Assembly (NCBI GenBank): GCA_030040865.1
Contig: JASHSX010000087.1
Location: 1 to 62,126 of the forward strand
Reading direction: 5' to 3'
Length of the DNA: 62,126 nt
Source: Thermoplasmata archaeon
GTDB lineage: Archaea > Thermoplasmatota > Thermoplasmata > Lutacidiplasmatales > UBA184
Shown: positions 36,101-41,713 of the stretch, in pieces
How the letters are laid out: every line of letters starts with the position of its first letter
Position numbering within the stretch: the stretch's first letter is position 1
Made by a program: the position numbers and the translations under genes
Notes under the pieces: generated by a model
What the model was told of the DNA's origin: nothing
The model's input: the letters and a program-made list of their open reading frames with translations, nothing else
The model's database searches: none

Positions 36101-36715
36101 ACCATCTCCTTCGCGCTCCCGAACGGCACGATCGTCGGCTCCGTCGCGCCGGACCCGAAGGTGAATATCATCGGATTCTTCGGCGTGAAGGTGAGCTCCA
36201 CCTCGTCGGTCCCCGCCGAGATCGGGCCGAACCAGGCGCGGATCCCGTTCAACATCAGCAACACCGGCAACCAGGGCGAGACGGTCGCGATCACCGCCGT
36301 CGATGAGCCGCGGATCAACGCGCTCGGGTGGACGGTCACCTTCGTTCAAGAAGGGCTCGAGACCCCGATGACGACGACCTTCCTGTCGGCGGGTCAGAAC
36401 CAGACGTGGTACGAACAGCTCAACGCGACCGGCGCGATCTTCGTTCCGGCGGGGACCGTCACGGTGGCCGGGACCGTCCTCAACTCTACGACCTCCCCGC
36501 AGTCGTTCGTCACGATCCGCGTTCCCTCCGCGTCGGTCGGCCCCGCCTCGAACGGGACGGGTTCGTTCACGGTGACGGGACCGCAGGTCGGCCCGGCCCC
36601 GTCGAACCTCCCCGATTGGCTCGTGCCGGCGCTCGTCTTCGTGCCGGCGCTCGCCCTCGTGGTCCTGATCCTCGTCTACCGGTGGAACCGCTCGCGGCGG
36701 TGGAGGCGCCGGTGA
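30122..36715 (+). CDS. aglB: giant AglB dolichyl-phosphooligosaccharide-protein glycotransferase (STT3 homologue) fused to a ~1300-aa tandem beta-sandwich surface domain with C-terminal TM anchor
   Basis: 2197 aa, a single uninterrupted ORF. N-terminal multi-TM region with GGSDSYYHSR (first-loop acidic motif), LIYSTVAEAQ (TIxE-type motif) and VSWWDYGFQ (WWDYG catalytic motif, nt 31868-31882). From about aa 900 there are repeated G.V..PDG.P..GA.V...G...T.DGSF.L.LPPG-type (CarboxypepD_reg-like) and CARDB-like (FSFTVKNTGNVPVTI) modules. The protein ends with LVPALVFVPALALVVLILVYRWNRSRRWRRR. Confidence 0.9.
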   Translation: MESSRTGWWHRHGWTVAILLAAFGIAFAIRTVWTYPIVAQYGPLYTYAGGSDSYYHSRVMSYIILNHTNLVKDPLLRFPVGAINPREPLFDWMNALLGLVFAPFFGGNAVVAGAWFLDLQAPLWAALSVFPIYWIGKEVSNRRMGLIAALIYPFLSASIDSSIFGYANYLSFYTFIILVALYSYLRTVRAVGSRKWIASYRHPRQYWPGLRAFLRTERTAVKWAVFTGVCLGATALAWQGYTYVVVVIVLALVISVVAERIRKVDSFGMYVCAWIVGAVGFPMELPYYLVQYHSDIYGFESFFLLQFLIYFGALLLLLPFVMLRDVPWVFSIPLMVGVMGAGIAGLAIVNPSLFTTIVTGQGYFVKTLIYSTVAEAQAPTVDELVIGYGVVTFFLAFAGVGIFLYLLVKGRFKRVHVVFLVFAILSIYLPVSATKFFLLGSPAFALLPAEAIRRALDVGSYPELRRTVASLSDRRSQFAAFRKAFKARHVLVMLLVLVILLPNVWVSIDAGIPGNTKSGYAAQVGATLPPWLQLNTTSPSSYYFGAAGSSLDTPNQYDSAGYNWLATLDTNIPEPDRPAFVSWWDYGFQAIDQGQHPSVADNFQNGIDPAGQFLLAQNESIAIGVLATTLLTGIPAQSATTYLPANLNQILAADGLNTSRLNGYLLNQGSDYTTVVNNPTLYLPVDASTLTAENAMYMVVSYYIAGKLPLSGVAKVYNDVQAYTGNSIRYAMSDTRLFPFSGTDTGIYYAPADLTGRVIDGAGNPSTYFNVTVLGSDGNTYPEGQVPADVSAVNYNINYFAPFYDSMIYHIYIGYNGTDVGAGSGIPCISLNCTSYPLEPGWMLQHFQVIYETAYLCPSQTDTAACSATNRPTAISQAAATGAYADLSADNYFNGGESFLQYYPGQTLLGEVVLPDGTPVAGARVTVDDGWGIPHMTAVTAKDGSFSLVLPPGNDTVNVTIGTVNGLSQQGATLLKSVKIDVPNAIGLSYDAPNLAETFTIPAATVSGNVYWKLGDNTSYESGEPLISGAQVVLWGAGLGTRTATTDPSGTFALANVPSGVYNASVLYAGHNFTMTAITVTPSSSTTPQSFGLPASKVVGRVMQGEQGVANVTVTASAPGFTISNLSASNGNITLPTLGPGNYSIVASLPGTGLRSAGAFVQITSPGTTVHLNFTLAATAAASVTLVANGAPVSGIPVRFVALPDLTSSNMSPIAAYSSVATNGTVVTSSSTGLASVVLPVGTYEAYALGYVAGTLDAGIGTVTTTASVVPPPVPIVLTPAYRLSGSVNLVGAVGSESQSAVVAYTSAGDPVISWAGTNSTYVLYLPSGTYSLYAVQGTTAATGPFYAALSSVTLTGPASVSLSPSVAVYARFSTGSHLANGSLFPAPTSRAVISYGATGPSIPLVGSASGVLAGYLPSALPLSVPSYCLAVSAPGFASSNECGISPSGLAALSTVPLTLTPVSVTVRLVGLPRGMSAAVNLTAQSATAVTRTLTGGPNVVFSTTPGSYAVSGWTSTDNGTVLYEPSNPVSATFPLGTVSAAVTLRVVATINATGTLALPKDGALNATLVSLSSPQLNKTVNGTVFEDGFFAAVGSYSVYSNVTVNSVLYTNVTTASVSANGTISPKITIDTVGLRVSGTLERPSGALLNANATLTITTPGGAVLRTYAANGTFTVYLPPNATYRVSTSTATNVVGPNGTYVATWTTPTNSACTVSPNSPSCPVPLEPTTVRVWLNGTLVAPGVPGLVPGAVRLIGPYPYTNLTIVNTTSGAFSAQVLPGSYSVYASGGGVSDLLANFTELLALPTTNGSSTISLLPAWVATLGVAPANVSLAPPGPANVTVRNAFGLTTVLPGVRGSASQSIALPVGTYVVSGASSGYPYGLKTAANGALNLTIVSGNVGATVPLAYAFVPSVTGTLTGRGSVLVNAGTQVSFSFTVKNTGNVPVTIHPTGGPSYWPFNFTLQNVTVPVGVQLGGVAMITVPAGTIVDHPGVTISFALPNGTIVGSVAPDPKVNIIGFFGVKVSSTSSVPAEIGPNQARIPFNISNTGNQGETVAITAVDEPRINALGWTVTFVQEGLETPMTTTFLSAGQNQTWYEQLNATGAIFVPAGTVTVAGTVLNSTTSPQSFVTIRVPSASVGPASNGTGSFTVTGPQVGPAPSNLPDWLVPALVFVPALALVVLILVYRWNRSRRWRRR
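32822..36540 (+). repeat. protein-level tandem array of roughly a dozen ~85-100-aa beta-sandwich modules inside aglB
   Basis: Recurrent degenerate pattern (e.g. GEVVLPDGTPVAGARVTV...DGSFSLVLPPGN; SGNVYW...SGAQVVLWG...DPSGTFALANVPSGVYNASV; VGRVMQGEQGVANVTVTA...NGNITLPTLGPGNYSIV; RVSGTLERPSG...ANGTFTVYLPPNATYRV). Module boundaries were estimated by eye only. Confidence 0.5.
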
Positions 36716-37548
36716 GCGCGGTCCGTCGACTTCCGGTCCTGCTCGCGATCGTCGTCCTCCTCGGGGCGGCGTTCGCGATGGGGCCGAGGGTGGCGGCCGC
36801 CGCGCCACCCGCCTCTCTCACGGCGGCCGCGTCGTCGTCCGTCACCGGGTCGGTGTACGGCCCGACGGTGCTCGGAGTGAACGGCCACGGCGCCTACACG
36901 ATCAACGCGACGGGCGGACCCGCGTACGCCCCGAACGGCACCGAGGTCGGCAACATCACGTTCTACGCTTCGCTGCAGGCGAGCAACACGACCGGGATGA
37001 ACATCACCCCGGCGGAGTTCGTGATCACGAACGGCACGTTCACCCCGGCTCGGCTGTCCACGAACGGCTTCGCCCAGGTCGTCACGATCCTGGTGATGAT
37101 CTCGTCGACCAACGCGACGGCCAACGACACGATCAACGTCACCTACGCGGTGAACGTCGTCACACCGTACTCGCTGACCGCCACGATCGTGAACCAGACG
37201 AACGCGACGGTCCTCGCGTTCGTCGTGTACGTGGCGCTCGACGGGACGATGGTCGGCAACGTGTCGGTCCCGTCGATCACGCCGAGCGCGAACTACGCCT
37301 TCTCCTTCCAGTACGTGACCCTGAGCCTCGGCACCGGATGGCATACGTTCACGGTCTCGCTCGCGAACGAGCACGGGCTGGTCGCCTTCTCGAACGGCGC
37401 CCTCAGCTACTCCGTGTCGTTCTACGTCCCGGGCCCCGCCCCCAACTACACGCTCTGGTACGTCGTCGGCGTCGTCGCGTTTTTCGGGGTACTGTTTATA
37501 TACGCCACCCGAGTGGCCGCTCGCCGACGCGGCGCCCTGCGCAAGTAG
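36712..37548 (+). CDS. secreted sequon-dense protein with signal peptide and C-terminal TM anchor (putative surface glycoprotein)
   Basis: 278 aa from GTG 36712 (GTGA overlap with the aglB stop). Signal-like VSAVRRLPVLLAIVVLLGAAFAMGPRVAAA. 13 N-X-S/T sequons by manual count. C-terminal LWYVVGVVAFFGVLFIYATRVAARRRGALRK. The upstream 128 aa of track ORF 36328 lies inside aglB. Confidence 0.7.
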   Translation: MSAVRRLPVLLAIVVLLGAAFAMGPRVAAAAPPASLTAAASSSVTGSVYGPTVLGVNGHGAYTINATGGPAYAPNGTEVGNITFYASLQASNTTGMNITPAEFVITNGTFTPARLSTNGFAQVVTILVMISSTNATANDTINVTYAVNVVTPYSLTATIVNQTNATVLAFVVYVALDGTMVGNVSVPSITPSANYAFSFQYVTLSLGTGWHTFTVSLANEHGLVAFSNGALSYSVSFYVPGPAPNYTLWYVVGVVAFFGVLFIYATRVAARRRGALRK

Positions 37549-37569
37549 GCGCGCGGAGGCGAGTTACCG

Positions 37570-37743
37570 ATGGAGTCCCGGGTCGACGTGCGGTGCCGTT
37601 CCTGCGGCCGGGCGCTCCCCGCGCCCGGCGGGACCCAGTTCCTCTGTCCGCAGTGCGGGACCGAGACGATCGGCCGGTGCACGCGGTGCCGGGACCAGAG
37701 CGTGACGTACCGCTGCTCGAAGTGCGGGTTCGTGGGACCGTAG
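37570..37743 (+). CDS. small double Zn-ribbon protein (COG2888/DUF1610, translation-associated)
   Basis: Not in the ORF track (57 aa). Own translation: MESRVDVRCRSCGRALPAPGGTQFLCPQCGTETIGRCTRCRDQSVTYRCSKCGFVGP. Four CxxC pairs, and the conserved archaeal position immediately upstream of EF-1beta. Confidence 0.75.
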   Translation: MESRVDVRCRSCGRALPAPGGTQFLCPQCGTETIGRCTRCRDQSVTYRCSKCGFVGP

Positions 37744-37759
37744 GAGCCGGGGTCGGCGC

Positions 37760-38026
37760 ATGGGTCAGGTGGCTGTCCTCTTCCGTCTGATGCCCCAGGG
37801 CGTCGAGACCGACATGCAGGCGCTCGGCGCCGGGGTGCGGTCGGTAGTGCCGAAGGGGGTCACGATCCGCGGCATGCAGGTGAAGGACATCGCCTTCGGG
37901 CTCAAGTCCCTGCTCGTGTCGGTCGTCATGGACGACACCGGCGGGGTCCTCGATTCGGTCGAGCAGGCGCTCGCGAAGGTGCCCCACGTCGAGTCGGTGG
38001 AAGTGATGGAGGAGGGGCTCCTCTAG
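37760..38026 (+). CDS. ef1b: translation elongation factor aEF-1 beta
   Basis: 88 aa; MGQVAVLFRLMP...IAFGLKSLLVSVVMDD..GG.LDSVE..L..V..VESVEV is typical of aEF-1beta. Confidence 0.9.
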   Translation: MGQVAVLFRLMPQGVETDMQALGAGVRSVVPKGVTIRGMQVKDIAFGLKSLLVSVVMDDTGGVLDSVEQALAKVPHVESVEVMEEGLL

Positions 38027-38041
38027 GCGCGCGGGGAGACC

Positions 38042-39025
38042 GTGGACCTCTTCTCGCACGTCCTCGTCGCCTACCTCGTCACCTACGGCATTGTCGGCTT
38101 CCAGCCGTCGTACCTCGCGGCCGGAGCGCTCGCGGGAGGGCTCCCCGACGCCGACGCCCTGTTCTTCCCGCTCGCCCGCCGCTTTCCGCTGCTGCAGCAT
38201 CACGGGATCACGCACTCGCTCACGGGCGTCACGGTCGTGGCCGTGGCCGGGGCGTTCCTGGCCCCGCTGCTCGCGCCCGGCTCCGCCCTCGTCTACTTCC
38301 TCGTGATGGAGGTCGGCGGGATCTGCCACATCCTACAGGACGGGTTCACCCACTTCTCGGTCCCGCCGCTCGCGCCGTTCTCCGACCGCCGGCTCGAGCT
38401 CGACGCCGACCGGGCGATCAACTTCGTCACGATGGCGTTCTCGATCGCCGCGTTCTACCTGCTCCTCGTGGTCGAGCGCAACCACGTGCCGTTCGCGACG
38501 TACGTGCTCACGGTCTACCTCCTGATGGCGTTCTTCGCGGCGTACTTCGGCATCCGACTGGCGGGCCGGTTCGCGATCGGCCGGCACCGCACGGCCGTCG
38601 GGCCCAAGGCCGTCCCCGTCCCCACGGGGAACCCGTTCAAGTGGGTCCTCCTCTCGGAGGAGCTCGCGGACGGCCGGGTCCGGACGACGTGGGCGCGCTA
38701 CGTGCTGGGGAAGGGCCTGGTCGACGGGCCGTACTCCGTCGAGGCCCCGGTCGAACCCCCGGCGCACACCGGGGCCCCGACCACCGCGCAGGAGGCGCTC
38801 GACTGGTCGTACGGGCCGGCCCGCAAGGCGAGCCGCGTGCTGCTCATGACCTACCACTTCGGCGAGGCGTTCCGGACCGCCGCCGGCGCTTGGGTCGCCG
38901 TATGGTATTCCCTCGAGTTCACTGCCTTCGGGCGGGCCTCCGGGGTCCGGGTGAGCTTCCCGGCCGACGGCGGGGTCCCCGAGGTGCACACGACGTTCTA
39001 CCGTCCGATCCACCGGGTCGTCTAG
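38042..39025 (+). CDS. membrane-bound metal-dependent hydrolase (YdjM/DUF457 family) with C-terminal extension
   Basis: 327 aa, GTG start. MDLFSHVLVAYLV, HHGITHSL, HILQDGFTH motifs, several TM helices. Confidence 0.8.
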   Translation: MDLFSHVLVAYLVTYGIVGFQPSYLAAGALAGGLPDADALFFPLARRFPLLQHHGITHSLTGVTVVAVAGAFLAPLLAPGSALVYFLVMEVGGICHILQDGFTHFSVPPLAPFSDRRLELDADRAINFVTMAFSIAAFYLLLVVERNHVPFATYVLTVYLLMAFFAAYFGIRLAGRFAIGRHRTAVGPKAVPVPTGNPFKWVLLSEELADGRVRTTWARYVLGKGLVDGPYSVEAPVEPPAHTGAPTTAQEALDWSYGPARKASRVLLMTYHFGEAFRTAAGAWVAVWYSLEFTAFGRASGVRVSFPADGGVPEVHTTFYRPIHRVV

Positions 39026-39049
39026 CGCCCGCGGGCGCCGCCGGTCCGG

Positions 39050-39901
39050 TCAGGGGATCGTCGCCGGGTCCCACTTCGTGACCCGCGCTCCGCTGCGCAG
39101 GGCGTCGAGCCGGTCCATGTCGGCCGGCGTGAGGGCGAAGTCGAAGACCCGGGCGTTCTCCTCGATCCGCTCGCGGTGGACGGACTTCGGGATCTCGACG
39201 ATCCCGTGCTGGAGACCCCAGCGGATCAACACCTGTGCCGGGGAGCGGCCGTGGGCCCGCGCGATCTCGCCGACCGTCGGATCGCCGAGGCTCCGGGACC
39301 GGGTGAGCGGCGAGTACGCCTCGGGGCGGATCCCGTGCTGGGCGGCGTAGGCGAGGAACTCGGGGTCGTAGATCCACGGGTGGAACTCTACCTGGTCGAC
39401 CGCCGGCACGATCGTCGACGCCGCCCGAAGCTCCTCGAGGTGTCGGATCGTGAAGTTGCTCACGCCGATCGCGCGGCAGACGCCCTCGTCGCGTAGCTCC
39501 GCGAGCGCCCTCCACGTGTCGATCCGGACCTGGGGGCTCGGCGCCCGTGGCCAGTGGATCAGGTAGAGGTCGATGTAGTCGAGGCCGAGGCGGTCCCGAC
39601 TGGCGCGTCCGGCCTTGAGCGCGCTCGCGTAGCCGAGGTCCTCGAACCACAGCTTCGTGGTGACAAAGACCTGGTCACGGGGCACGCCGCTCGCGCGGAC
39701 GGCCCGGCCGACGTCCGCCTCGTTCTCGTACATCGCCGCGGTGTCGAGCAGCCGGTAGCCGGCGTCGAGCGCCCACCGGACCGCCTGCTCGGTCACACGC
39801 CCGGGCTCGCTCAGGAAGACGCCGAGCCCGAGCCACGGGATCGGGGACCCCTGGTTGAGCGGGACCCGGGCCCCGAGGTTCTCGGGCATCGCGTCGGCCA
39901 T
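39050..39901 (-). CDS. aldo/keto reductase (2,5-diketo-D-gluconate reductase-like)
   Basis: 283 aa; LGLGVF, LLDTAAMYENE, VFVTTKLW, LDYIDLYLIHWP, IGVSNF, IPKS..RERIEEN. Confidence 0.93.
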   Translation of the reverse strand: MADAMPENLGARVPLNQGSPIPWLGLGVFLSEPGRVTEQAVRWALDAGYRLLDTAAMYENEADVGRAVRASGVPRDQVFVTTKLWFEDLGYASALKAGRASRDRLGLDYIDLYLIHWPRAPSPQVRIDTWRALAELRDEGVCRAIGVSNFTIRHLEELRAASTIVPAVDQVEFHPWIYDPEFLAYAAQHGIRPEAYSPLTRSRSLGDPTVGEIARAHGRSPAQVLIRWGLQHGIVEIPKSVHRERIEENARVFDFALTPADMDRLDALRSGARVTKWDPATIP

Positions 39902-39964
39902 CGGCTCTCGAAGGGTCCGGTGCCTTGTAACGGATTCGACCCGGCAGGCGGACGGTACCGGGGC

Positions 39965-40246
39965 TCACGCGGGACGGCCGCGGAATCGGCTCTCGAACCG
40001 CCCGTCGCGGACCGCACGGGCGTCGATCGTCCGCAGCTGCTGCTCGTGTTCGTCGCAGAGCCCGAACGGCTGCCAGGGCGACGTCGGCACGCGCGGGTCG
40101 GCCGTTGCGGACCACAGTTCGACCCGATGCGGTCGGGTGTCGCAGCCCCCGCCGAACCCGGGCTCGGGCTCGCCGAGGGCCGGGCGGAACGCGAAGTCGT
40201 ACGCCCGCCCCATCTCGCAGAGGGGCCGCTGGAAGATCGCGCTCAT
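39965..40246 (-). CDS. hypothetical small Cys-containing protein
   Basis: 93 aa from ATG 40246 (MSAIFQRPLCEMGRAYDF...FGLCDEHEQQLRTIDARAV...). About 90% G/C at third codon positions by manual reading, which supports coding. No family recognised. Confidence 0.5.
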   Translation of the reverse strand: MSAIFQRPLCEMGRAYDFAFRPALGEPEPGFGGGCDTRPHRVELWSATADPRVPTSPWQPFGLCDEHEQQLRTIDARAVRDGRFESRFRGRPA

Positions 40247-40289
40247 CGAGATCGCCCGGACCGACCGGCCCCAGTCGGGGCGAGGGGAA

Positions 40290-41207
40290 ATCGCTGTCGC
40301 GACGTCACCGTTAAGCCCGCCCTCCCGGTCCGCGGCCGGTTCCCGGACCCCGGCGGTCGCGGGAGGCGAGGTTCCCCTGCCGATCGCGAAGTCGGGCGCC
40401 GTCGACATCCACTACGCGACGCACGGCGCGGGAGGCGACCCCGCGGTCTTGGTCCACGGGTCGTTCGAGGACGCCTCTACCTGGGACCTCGTCGTCCCTG
40501 GCTTCGCGCAGGCGCTCGCCGTGGTGACGTACGACCGAAGAGGGTACGGGCGCAGCGCCTCCGGGCCTCGGACGCACCCGGTCGCCGACGACGTCGCGGA
40601 CCTGGCGGCGGTACTGGAGGCCGCGGACCATTTCCCGGCCCACGTGATCGGGCACGCGTACGGCGGCGCCGTGGCGGTAGGCGTGGCACGGGAGCGCCCG
40701 GAGCTGGTCCGGAGCATGGTTCTGCACGAACCGCCGTTCTTCGACCTGCTCGAGGCGGACCCGGGGACCGCGGGCGACGCCGGCCGAGCCCGCGGGCAGC
40801 TGCGCCGACTCCGCGAGACCACGGGCCCCGGGGCGGCCTTCGAGATCGCCCGACAGGTGACGGACGGTATCGGTGCAGAATCCGGGGCGTGGGAACGGAT
40901 GACGACGGTCGAGCGCGACCGCGCCGCACGCTACGTCGATCGGTGGCGGGAAGAGAGCGAGGACCCGACGAAGTCCCGCCCGGATCGGGAGGCCCTCCGG
41001 GAGACGCTCGTGCCCGCCCTCGTCACCTACGGCGAGGAGAGTCCGGCGATCGAACGCCGCGTCGCGGAGACTCTCGCCGCCGAACTACCGTACGCGCGTG
41101 TCCAGCGCCTCCCGGAGTGCGGTCACGCCCCACACCGCACGCGTCCGGATCTGTACGTCGCGGTCGTGGGAACGTTCCTCTTGGAGCGCGACGTGCCGTC
41201 GACCTGA
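40290..41207 (+). CDS. alpha/beta-fold hydrolase-like protein, nucleophile Ser replaced by Ala; 5' end unresolved
   Basis: Core AVDIHYATHGAGGDPAVLVHGSFED...YDRRGYGRS...VIGHAYGGAVAV...LPECGHAPH. There is no ATG/GTG/TTG in frame between the end of the minus-strand gene (40246) and the conserved core. The nearest upstream canonical start (GTG ~40137) overlaps that gene. The 40290 coordinate is a placeholder, not a demonstrated start. Confidence 0.65.
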   Translation: MAVATSPLSPPSRSAAGSRTPAVAGGEVPLPIAKSGAVDIHYATHGAGGDPAVLVHGSFEDASTWDLVVPGFAQALAVVTYDRRGYGRSASGPRTHPVADDVADLAAVLEAADHFPAHVIGHAYGGAVAVGVARERPELVRSMVLHEPPFFDLLEADPGTAGDAGRARGQLRRLRETTGPGAAFEIARQVTDGIGAESGAWERMTTVERDRAARYVDRWREESEDPTKSRPDREALRETLVPALVTYGEESPAIERRVAETLAAELPYARVQRLPECGHAPHRTRPDLYVAVVGTFLLERDVPST

Positions 41208-41320
41208 AGGAAGCCCGCCCACGCCGGGGGCGGGCCGAGGCGTTTATAGCCGGACGCCCTTCGAGGGACGTGGACCCGACGCGGGGCCCGGCCGAAGCGG
41301 CGGACCCCCAACCCCGATGG

Positions 41321-41689
41321 GTGAGCGTGGCCCCCGGCGTGGCGGTGCGACGGCTCGCCGAAGGCGGGGGTACCGCGATGATGCTGTACCGGATCGACGC
41401 CGGCACCCGGTTCGATCTCCACCGCCATGGCTTTCCGGAGCTGGGCGTGATCCTTTCGGGCGAGGCCCGAGTGTCGCTCGCGGGCGAGGAGCGACCGGTG
41501 CGTCCCGGGGATTCGTACTACATCCCGCCCGACACGCCCCATGGGTTCCTCCTACCGGACGTGGGGGAGCCCGTGCTGCTGATCGACGTGAGCTCGGAGC
41601 TCTCCAAAGACGCGGAGGCGATCTCCCCCGACGCGATCCTGGAGCTCGCACGCACGGTTACACGACGGCTCGTCGCGCCCGAGCCGTGA
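41321..41689 (+). CDS. cupin-domain protein
   Basis: 122 aa from GTG 41321; ATG 41377 is an alternative start. FDLHRHGFPELGVILSGE and GDSYYIPPDTPHGF cupin motifs. This is only the last part of the 711-aa track ORF. Confidence 0.75.
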   Translation: MSVAPGVAVRRLAEGGGTAMMLYRIDAGTRFDLHRHGFPELGVILSGEARVSLAGEERPVRPGDSYYIPPDTPHGFLLPDVGEPVLLIDVSSELSKDAEAISPDAILELARTVTRRLVAPEP

Positions 41690-41713
41690 GCGGTCCATCG
41701 CCCCGAGCGCGGG

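Noticed and set aside
39554-41320. N-terminal ~589 aa of the 711-aa ORF 39554..41689
   Set aside because: Only the last ~122 aa (the cupin) is protein-like. The rest runs antisense to the AKR gene and out of frame through the alpha/beta-hydrolase gene.
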